NCBI GenBank assembly: GCA_963816185.1
Contig: CAWFJJ010000005.1
Coordinates: 1-64,000 of the forward strand
DNA length: 64,000 nt
DNA from: Thermoanaerobaculia bacterium
GTDB lineage: Bacteria > Acidobacteriota > Thermoanaerobaculia > UBA5066
Reading direction: 5' to 3'
A program made the position numbers and the translations under genes. Within the stretch, counting starts at the first letter, position 1. Each line of letters begins with the position of its first letter. The notes under the pieces were generated by a model. It did not search any database. It was given only the letters and a program-made list of their open reading frames with translations, and was not told the origin of the DNA. Shown one piece after another: positions 31,791-39,616 of this stretch.

Positions 31791-33632
31791 ATGTTCGGAC
31801 GCGCCAGAGTCCTCGTCCTCGCGATGGGTCTTCTCGCCTGCGGGCGCGCCCACGGGGGCGACTGGCTCCAGTGGGGCTTCGACTCTCGTCACAGCGGGGT
31901 GAACGACCAGGAGACGACGATCCACGCCGGCAACGTCGCGTCCCTCCTTCTCCACTACCGCATCACGCTTCCCGACGTCGCCGACGGCGCGCCCGCATTT
32001 CTCTCGGGCGTCACGACTCCGCAGGGACTCAAGGACGTCCTCTTCCTGACGACGAGGAGCGGCATTCTCCTCGCCGTCGACGCCGCGACCGGCGGGATCG
32101 TCTGGTCGAAGCAGGCGGCGACGGGGCCGAAATTCACGACGTCCTCGCCGGCGATCGACCCGGGTCGGCAGTACGTCTACTCGTACGGGCTCGACGGGAA
32201 AGCGCACAAATATCGGGTCGGAGATGGCACCGAAATCACGACGGGCGGCTGGCCGCAGCGCACGACGGCGAAGCCGGACGTCGAAAAGGGCTCCTCCGCG
32301 CTCGGGTTTGCGACGGCGAAGAGCGGCGCGACTTACCTTTACGTCGCGAACGGGGGCTACCCGGGGGACGCGGGGGATTACCAAGGACACGTGACCGCGA
32401 TCGACCTCGCGACGGGCGCACAAAAGGTCTTCAACACCCAGTGCAGCAACCAGACCGTCCACTTCGTCATCCAGCCGGGATTTCCGGACTGCAGTGAGGT
32501 GCAGACCGCGATCTGGGCCCGCCCGGGCGTCGTCTACGACTCCGACAATGACCGAATTCTCATGGCGACGGGAAACGGAACGTTCGCCCCCACGAGCTTC
32601 GGTTGGGGCGACACGGTCTTCTCCCTTCACCCCGACGGCACGGGTGCGGGCGGCGGGCTGCCGGTCGACAGCTACACGCCGGTGAATTTCCTGGCTCTGC
32701 AGAACCTGGATGCCGACATCGGAAGTACGGCGCCGGCGATCCTCCCCCTGGTGCCGACGAGCGTCCCTCCGCGCCTCGCGGTCCAGTCGGGGAAGGACGG
32801 CGAGGTGAGACTGCTGGACCGGGACGACCTGAGCCGGCAGGGCGGCCCTTCGCACACGGGCGGCGAGCTGCAGCTTCTGAACCTCCCGCAGGCCGGTGGG
32901 GTCCTGACGCAGCCGGCGGTGTGGGTGAACCCTGCGAATCAGGGCGTCTGGACATTCATCGCGAACGACAGCGGAATCTCGGCCTTCGAGCTTGTCGTCA
33001 GCCCGGGTGGCACGCCGTTTCTCGTCTCGAGGTGGACGAACCCGGCCGGCGGGACCTCTCCCGTCGTCGCGAACGGGATCCTCTATTACGCGGGATCCGG
33101 AGGACTCCGCGCCCTCGATCCGACGACCGGCAACTCCCTGTGGTCAGACACGACGAACGTCGGGGGCATCCATTGGGAGAGCCCGATCGTCGTTCAGGGA
33201 CGCGTCTATCTCACAGATGAAGCCTCCCATCTCATCGCGTGGGTTCCGATCCCCGGGAACACGTCATACAGAACGCTGCCGCCTTGCCGGGTCCTCGACA
33301 CGCGCGGCCCCACGGGACCTCTCGGCGGGCCGGCGCTGCCGGCGAACGGCACGCGCGTTTTCCCCGTGGCCGGGACGTGCGGCGTGCCCGCGGACGCCGT
33401 CTCGGTCTCGGCCAACGTCACGGTCGTGAGCCCCGGCGCCACCGGGTCTCTTCAGGTCGGGCCCGCCGGCGTCGCTCTGCCCGTCTCGCTGCTGCCGTTC
33501 GATGCGGGCCGGACGCGCGCGATCGGGACCCTCCTTCTCGTCGCCGGGGCGCCGGCCGGCAGCGTTCAGCTGACGAACCTCTCCGCGGCCCCCCTCGACG
33601 TGGTCCTCGACGTCTCGGGCTATTTCCGGTAA
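31791..33632 (+). CDS. secreted PQQ-like beta-propeller protein with a C-terminal PCRxxDTR domain
   Basis: Signal peptide; AVDAATGGIVW repeats; PCRVLDTR..VVLDVSGYF. Confidence 0.75.
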   Translation: MFGRARVLVLAMGLLACGRAHGGDWLQWGFDSRHSGVNDQETTIHAGNVASLLLHYRITLPDVADGAPAFLSGVTTPQGLKDVLFLTTRSGILLAVDAATGGIVWSKQAATGPKFTTSSPAIDPGRQYVYSYGLDGKAHKYRVGDGTEITTGGWPQRTTAKPDVEKGSSALGFATAKSGATYLYVANGGYPGDAGDYQGHVTAIDLATGAQKVFNTQCSNQTVHFVIQPGFPDCSEVQTAIWARPGVVYDSDNDRILMATGNGTFAPTSFGWGDTVFSLHPDGTGAGGGLPVDSYTPVNFLALQNLDADIGSTAPAILPLVPTSVPPRLAVQSGKDGEVRLLDRDDLSRQGGPSHTGGELQLLNLPQAGGVLTQPAVWVNPANQGVWTFIANDSGISAFELVVSPGGTPFLVSRWTNPAGGTSPVVANGILYYAGSGGLRALDPTTGNSLWSDTTNVGGIHWESPIVVQGRVYLTDEASHLIAWVPIPGNTSYRTLPPCRVLDTRGPTGPLGGPALPANGTRVFPVAGTCGVPADAVSVSANVTVVSPGATGSLQVGPAGVALPVSLLPFDAGRTRAIGTLLLVAGAPAGSVQLTNLSAAPLDVVLDVSGYFR

Positions 33633-33726
33633 GACAGAAGAGAGGAAATCGCCTAGCAGCGGTCTTCGACCCTTGACATCGGGCATTCGGGTATACGGGC
33701 GATAGAATCGCGGAAAAGGTGGACAG

Positions 33727-34602
33727 ATGTCGCTTTTCGTTAAGTTCAACCTGATACTGATTCTCGTTTTCGCGGTCGCGCTCGTTCCGGCGGGCTACAT
33801 CTCGAACGGCCTGCTCCAGAAAAACGCACGAACGCAGATCGTTCAGAACGCGCGGATCATGATGGAGACGGCGATGGCCACGCGCGGCTACACGGTCAAA
33901 CAGATCAAGCCGCTTCTGGCGCCGCGCCTCGCAGACGAGTTCCTGCCGCAGTCGGTCCCCGCGTACTCAGCGACGGAGATCTTCAATTACCTGCGCGAGA
34001 GCAACCCCGAATACACCTACAAGGAGGCCACCCTCAACCCGACGAACCCGCGCGATCGGACGGTCGACTGGGAAGCCGACATCGTGAACGCGTTCCGCGC
34101 GAACGAAAAGCTCCCGGAGCTCATCGGCGAGCGCTCGACGTCTCTCGGGCGCGCGCTCTACCTCGCGCACCCCATCAAGATCACCGATGCGGGCTGCCTT
34201 TCGTGTCACACGACGCCGGCGATGGCGCCGGCATCGGTGGTGAAAGCTTACGGAACGAGCGGCGGATACGGCTGGAAGCTGAACGAGACCGTCGGGGCGC
34301 AAATCGTCTCGGTGCCCATGACGGTGCCGATCGGCCTCGCGAACACCGCGTTCAAGACGCTCCTGGGCTCCTTGATCGCGGTCTTCGCGAGCATCCTGGT
34401 CGTTCTCAACATCCTCCTCACGCTCGTGGTGATCCGGCCCATCAGGCGCCTCTCGCGGATGGCGGACCAGGTATCGACCGGCAATCTCGACGTCCCCGAG
34501 GAGACCGTGAAAGGCTCGGACGAGGTCGCGGTACTGTCGGGATCCTTCAACCGGATGCGGATCAGCCTGACGAAGGCCCTCAAGATGCTCGAGGGCGAGT
34601 AA
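33727..34602 (+). CDS. DUF3365 (Tll0287-like) c-type heme sensor domain + HAMP
   Basis: TM, NPTNPRD, CLSCH, GAQIVSVP, TM, HAMP; no output domain. Confidence 0.8.
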   Translation: MSLFVKFNLILILVFAVALVPAGYISNGLLQKNARTQIVQNARIMMETAMATRGYTVKQIKPLLAPRLADEFLPQSVPAYSATEIFNYLRESNPEYTYKEATLNPTNPRDRTVDWEADIVNAFRANEKLPELIGERSTSLGRALYLAHPIKITDAGCLSCHTTPAMAPASVVKAYGTSGGYGWKLNETVGAQIVSVPMTVPIGLANTAFKTLLGSLIAVFASILVVLNILLTLVVIRPIRRLSRMADQVSTGNLDVPEETVKGSDEVAVLSGSFNRMRISLTKALKMLEGE

Positions 34603-34615
34603 GGGGACGTCCCGG

Positions 34616-36097
34616 ATGGCGGACACGATCCCCCCCGGCTCCCATTTCGGCGACTACGAGATCCTGGAGGAGCTCGGCGCCGGAGGCATGGGGAAGGTCT
34701 ACCGCGCGCGGGATCTCACGCTCGACCGGCTCGTCGCGCTCAAGACGCTCGCCCACCAGCTCTCTCAGGACACGGGCTACGTGCAGCGCTTTCTCAAGGA
34801 AGCGCGCGCAGCCGCGCGGCTGAACCACCCGAACATCGTCCAGATCTACGACTTCGGCTGCGTGGATTCGATCTATTACCTCGCGATGGAGTTCGTGGAC
34901 GGGCATTCGCTCGGGACGTACCTCAAGCGCGGCCACTTCAGCGAGTCGGAATCCATCCAGATCATCCGGCACGCATGCCGCGCTCTGTCGGTCGCGCACG
35001 CCGACGGGATCGTTCATCGCGACATCAAGCCCGACAACCTGATGCTGACGAGCCGGGGCGACGTGAAGCTCGTGGACCTCGGCATCGCTAAGCGCCTCGA
35101 CGAAGAGGCATCGCTCACGCAGACGGGCCAGGCGATCGGAACTCCCCATTACATCTCGCCCGAGCAGATTCGCGGGCAGAGGGATGTGGATTCCCGCGCC
35201 GACATCTACTCGCTCGGCGCGACGCTCTACCACCTCCTGACCGGGCACACGCCTTACTCAGGATCGTCCGGCCCCATCGTCATGTCGATGCATCTCGTCG
35301 AGCCGCTGCCCGACCCGCGCCGCTTCGAGGCCTCCCTCACGGACGGGGTTTGTCGCGTCGTGCGGAAAATGATGGCGAAGAACCGCGACGAGAGGTACCC
35401 GGACGTTTACGCGCTCGACCTGGACCTGTATCGCCTGCAGTGCGGGGAGACGCCGCAGCCGGACGAGGAGGCTGCGGCGGCCGCCGCGGCGTACGCGGCG
35501 TCGCCTGCCTCTCCGGCTTACGTCCCCGCGACGGCCGGCGCATTCGATTCGGGAATCCTGAACCGCATCGAGGACAGCCTCGCGGCCGCGGTCGGTCCGA
35601 TGGCGAGGGTCCTCGTCCGCAGGACGGCACGGACCGCACCGACTTACGAGGCCCTCTGCGGCGAGCTCGCGGGACAGGTCTCCGACCCGCGCGCGCGCGA
35701 TGCCTTCCTGTCGAGCTGTCTCCGCGCGGCGCGCACACCCACGGGTCCGCGGGGGCCCGGCCGCCTGACACCCGCGCCCGCTCAGGGGAGCGAGGCGCCG
35801 ACCGAGCTCCGGGGCGGAGGTCGACCCGCGGCCTCGGGCCCTTCGCGCCACTTCTCTCAGGAGGCCTACTACGGATCCGCCCCCGCCGGAAGGTCGCTCG
35901 CCCTCTCCGAGCAGGACCTCGCCTTCGTGGAGACCGAGCTCGCGCGGCAGATCGGCCCGCTCGCGCGGATCGTCGTGAAACGGGCGGCGAAGACCACCGG
36001 CGTCCTCGCGGACCTCATCTCCAAGCTCGAGCTCGAGATCCCGACGGATGACAGCCGCCGCGCGTTCCGCGAGGCGATGCGGAAGCGGTTCCGCTGA
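34616..36097 (+). CDS. Ser/Thr protein kinase
   Basis: LGAGGMG, HRDIKPDN, DLGIA, GTPHYISPE. Confidence 0.93.
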   Translation: MADTIPPGSHFGDYEILEELGAGGMGKVYRARDLTLDRLVALKTLAHQLSQDTGYVQRFLKEARAAARLNHPNIVQIYDFGCVDSIYYLAMEFVDGHSLGTYLKRGHFSESESIQIIRHACRALSVAHADGIVHRDIKPDNLMLTSRGDVKLVDLGIAKRLDEEASLTQTGQAIGTPHYISPEQIRGQRDVDSRADIYSLGATLYHLLTGHTPYSGSSGPIVMSMHLVEPLPDPRRFEASLTDGVCRVVRKMMAKNRDERYPDVYALDLDLYRLQCGETPQPDEEAAAAAAAYAASPASPAYVPATAGAFDSGILNRIEDSLAAAVGPMARVLVRRTARTAPTYEALCGELAGQVSDPRARDAFLSSCLRAARTPTGPRGPGRLTPAPAQGSEAPTELRGGGRPAASGPSRHFSQEAYYGSAPAGRSLALSEQDLAFVETELARQIGPLARIVVKRAAKTTGVLADLISKLELEIPTDDSRRAFREAMRKRFR

Positions 36098-36108
36098 GCG
36101 CCTCGAAG

Positions 36109-36996
36109 TCAGCCGTTTGGCGGTTTTCGGGGCAGATGGACGGTCGCGGTCGTGCCGCGGCCAGGGGTGCTGTCAAGCCACAGGTAGCCGCGGCTGTTCT
36201 TGACGATCCCGTACGCGGTCGACAGGCCCAGTCCGCTTCGCTCCTCGGCCGCCTTCGTCGTGAAGAAGGGCTCGAAGGCGCGGGAGAGCGTGGCCGTGTC
36301 CATTCCGAGCCCGGTGTCGGTGATCGTGATCTCGGCGTACTCGCCCTCGACGACCGGAACCCCCGAGATGCGCATGCCGGCGCTCACCGAGCGCGTCGCG
36401 GTGCGCAAGGCGAGGACGCCCCCTTGAGGCATGGCCTCCGAGGCGTTCAGGACGAGATTCAGGATGACCTGCTCGAGCTGGGTTTCGTCCGCCGCGACGG
36501 AGATCGGGTCCTTCGCGAGCTCAACGACGAAGACGACCTCCTCTCCGACGAGCTTGCGCAGCAAGGGTTCGAGATCGCCCAGAAACGCATGAAGATCGAG
36601 AACGTGAGGCTTGATGACCTCTCCGCGTCCGATCGAGAGCAGCCGAGCGCTGAGCACGGCCGCCCTCTCGCTGGCCTTGACGATCTCCTGCGCGCTTGCG
36701 CGGGCGCCGGCGTCGCCGGCTTTTTCCAGGACGAGCGTCGAGAAGCCGAGGAGGGCGGTGAGCACGTTGCGCAGGTCGTGCGCGACCTCCGCCGCGTGGC
36801 GCCCGACCGCTTCCATCCGCCGCCCCTCCGCGGCCTCCGCCTCCAGCTCGGAGAGCCGCCTCTCCGCGGCGCGCAGGCGTCTCTCGGTCGCGTGGCGGCG
36901 GCGGACCTCCCTCAGGAAGAGGAGGAACGGAGCGAGGCCAGCCGCCGCGCACGCAATCGAGAAGACGAGGATGATTTCGGAAGCCTGGGTGGTCAG
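36109..36996 (-). CDS. histidine kinase with one TM helix and no obvious sensor domain
   Basis: AHDLRN H-box, QVILNLVLNA, DTGLGM, EPFFTTK, GLGL. The frame extends upstream to a CTG behind GAAAGGAAAAGG. Confidence 0.8.
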   Translation of the reverse strand: MTTQASEIILVFSIACAAAGLAPFLLFLREVRRRHATERRLRAAERRLSELEAEAAEGRRMEAVGRHAAEVAHDLRNVLTALLGFSTLVLEKAGDAGARASAQEIVKASERAAVLSARLLSIGRGEVIKPHVLDLHAFLGDLEPLLRKLVGEEVVFVVELAKDPISVAADETQLEQVILNLVLNASEAMPQGGVLALRTATRSVSAGMRISGVPVVEGEYAEITITDTGLGMDTATLSRAFEPFFTTKAAEERSGLGLSTAYGIVKNSRGYLWLDSTPGRGTTATVHLPRKPPNG

Positions 36997-37017
36997 GGAC
37001 CTTTTCCTTTCTGGCGT

Positions 37018-37131
37018 TCAACCGCCGATGGGTTTGATGCTTCGGTCGGTCCCGTCGGTGGGATCGGTGGTGTCGGTGGTCGTCAGCCCGAGCAGAGACA
37101 GAGCGAGATCGATGAGGGTCGTGGCGTCCAT
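37018..37131 (-). CDS. unannotated 37-aa peptide MDATTLIDLALSLLGLTTTDTTDPTDGTDRSIKPIGG
   Basis: Strong RBS AGGAGG 6 nt before the ATG; GC-rich third codon positions; sits between the TPR and kinase genes. Confidence 0.7.
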   Translation of the reverse strand: MDATTLIDLALSLLGLTTTDTTDPTDGTDRSIKPIGG

Positions 37132-37275
37132 GGGTTTCCTCCTGTTGCCGCCCGTCCGGGGCGGCTCGGGAGGCGGAACTCACGAGCGCTCGGTCATCAC
37201 CGCCTTACATCCTTGGAGACGGATTGGCGGGGCGGTTTTCGCCCGCCCTGAAAAAGAAATGTGAAAGATTCTGGA

Positions 37276-38641
37276 TCAGGCCCGGCGGCGTTCGGGGCGG
37301 ACGGAGACGTGGAATCCGCCCGAGAGGGCCCCGAGGCAGGCCTGAACTCGGTCGAGGAGCCCGTCCTTGACGTCGCCGCTATCGAGGTGCGCGGCCAGCT
37401 CGGCCCACGCCGGGACTCCCGCGAGCGTCGCGACGGTCACGAAAGACCGCAGCTCCTTGAGGCGGGCCACCATCTCGTCGGTCCTCGACATCCGGCCGAG
37501 ACACTCCGCGGCGTGGAGCCGGGCGAAGACGGAATCCTCTTCGAGCTGCTTCTCGTCCGCCTCGGCGGCCAGCGCGTCGAAAGCGGCGAGCGCTCGTGCC
37601 ATCTCGCCCCTCAGGAAATCCAGCTCGGCGAGCCCAATCCGGATTCCAAAGACGAGATACGCGAGGTCGTGACGCCTCGCGTCCGCGAGTGCCTGCGCGA
37701 AGACGGACCGCGATTTTCCGAAAGCCCCGGAGTGGGCCAGCGTGACAGCGAGGTTGATCTCGATGGCAGTCGCGGGCATGCGCATCTTTCTCTTCGCCCA
37801 TCCGCTCGAGCGCGCTTTCGAGGAACGGAATCGCACGGTCGAGATTCCCTCTTTGCGAATAGAGCGATCCCAACGCGGCTTCAGCCCTCGCGGTCCAGGT
37901 CTCCTGCTCGAATGCGGCGAAGACCCGCGCGGCGCGCTTGAGCTCGCGCTCGGCGAACGGGAATTCTCCCTGAAAAGCCGCCACCGTCCCCTCGAAATAC
38001 CCACAGAGCGCTCCGTCGAACGGGTCGTTGCCGCGAGAGGCGAATGCAGTGCGGGCGTCGCGGGCGGCCGTGCGCGCCTCCTCGAGCCGTCCGATGTTGA
38101 GGAGCGCCTGTGATGCGAGGAGCGACGCTTCCGCCTCGAGGCGCCACGACGGGACGACACCCGACGCCGGAAGCATCCTGGCGCGCGCCGAGAGGGCGTG
38201 TGAGAGGGCGAGCGCGCGATGCGGTTCCGCGGCCGCGAGACGCGCTCCGGTCTGGGCCGCATACAGGAGGCCGAGATGGTCGGCGTCGGCGTCGCCGGAT
38301 TCCGCCAGCCGCGCGGCGAGAGCGCTGTCCGACTCGCGAGCCGCTTCGACGAGGCATCGCGCCTTCTCGTCTGCCTCATCGGCGGCGGACACGAGCGCCT
38401 GAAGGTCTTTGTATTTCTTCGAGGACGTCCGGGACGGAAACGGCAGCACGTCCGCCGAAGGAGAGAGCATCGTCTCGAGGGAGGAGGCTTCCTCGATGGC
38501 GGCGTAAAGACGCCCGAGCGCTTTCTGGCGGCGCGCGCACGTGCGGCAGCCGGCGACGTGCAGGGCCGCCGCGGCCGAGCCGGGCTCGTTCCGGCCCATC
38601 GCGAGGGCGAGGAGCTCGGCTTCCTCGGGGTGCCTTGTCAC
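37276..38641 (-). CDS. zinc-finger (ZAS) anti-sigma domain fused to a TPR-like helical region (frameshift ~37780)
   Basis: GTG start overlaps the sigma stop; HVAGCRTC (HxxxCxxC); AxAxLG helical repeats; no TM seen. Confidence 0.75.
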
Positions 38642-39219
38642 GCGAGGCATCCGCGCATCCTCTTCATGCATTGATTCAGCCGCTTCCACACGGCATTGAC
38701 CGTGCACCCGCTATCGGCGGCCGTCTCGGCGAGCGATCGGCGCAAGACGCAATACGCCTGGATGAGGTGGCGGCACCGGGGCGTCAAGAGGCGGAATGCC
38801 GATCGCACGTGGAGGCCGTCCACGAGACGCGTCGCGGTGCGCACGTCGGGAAGGTCCACGGAAATGTCGATTTCCCGCCCGCTCTGCTGAAGGCGCTTCT
38901 CGAGGCGGTCACGGCAGCGGTTGAAGAAAGAGCCGACGAGGTAGCCCTTCATGTTGTGGACGCGCGGCCGTCTCGCGAACACGGCCTCGAACGTGTCCTG
39001 CAGGACGTCCTCCGCCTCTTCCGCGGTCAAGCCGAAGCGCCGCTGGGCCACGGTCAGGAGGCGTGGGCGGAGGTAGGCGTCGAGGCGGTCCCAATCCCAG
39101 GACGCCGGCTCCTGCTCGGGCGAGGAAACGAGCTCCTCGCGCTCGGCGGGCGCAGAGAAAGCGGGCGCGTCCGCACCAAAGGCCTCGGTCCCGGCCGATG
39201 AAGATCGCCCGCCGTTCAT
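38638..39219 (-). CDS. ECF RNA polymerase sigma factor
   Basis: EAEDVLQDTF..NRCRD; region 4 LTPRCR..SLAETA..VWKRLNQC. Confidence 0.88.
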   Translation of the reverse strand: MNGGRSSSAGTEAFGADAPAFSAPAEREELVSSPEQEPASWDWDRLDAYLRPRLLTVAQRRFGLTAEEAEDVLQDTFEAVFARRPRVHNMKGYLVGSFFNRCRDRLEKRLQQSGREIDISVDLPDVRTATRLVDGLHVRSAFRLLTPRCRHLIQAYCVLRRSLAETAADSGCTVNAVWKRLNQCMKRMRGCLA

Positions 39220-39264
39220 GCCTCCCCTTCCGTGCAGAAGAAGAGTACCTCAACGAGAGAGAAG

Positions 39265-39594
39265 CTAGCCCTGGACCTCGACGTCGGGATCGAGTTTCAT
39301 CTCGTGCTTGCCCAGCGTGAGAAGAACGTTGTACGGGTATTTCCCTTTCTCGGCGTCGGGTCGTACCGGGGTCGAAAGGGCCTGGCCATGGGACGGCGAA
39401 GAAAAATGGTCGTCGGCGAAGGGGCTGCCTCGCCTCTTCTTGAAGAAGATCCGGATCTTTGCGTCGCGGACGATCGTCACCCACCTGACGACGTTCCCTC
39501 TCCGGACTTTCACGGAATCGGGCTCGACGCTCAGCGAGCCGTCCGGCTGGAGCGAAATACAGACGATCCTTTCCTTCCTCGGTTTCCTTGCCAT
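39265..39594 (-). CDS. small beta-sandwich hypothetical protein
   Basis: RBS AGGAGG; VEPDSV..VRW..SPF..YPYNV..LDPDVEV. Confidence 0.65.
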   Translation of the reverse strand: MARKPRKERIVCISLQPDGSLSVEPDSVKVRRGNVVRWVTIVRDAKIRIFFKKRRGSPFADDHFSSPSHGQALSTPVRPDAEKGKYPYNVLLTLGKHEMKLDPDVEVQG

Positions 39595-39616
39595 CGAATC
39601 CTCCTTTTGTCACGCG

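Noticed and set aside
37018-37020. Selenocysteine recoding of the TGA between peptide and kinase
   Set aside because: No redox-motif context, and the downstream sequence is purine-rich with no evident SECIS hairpin.
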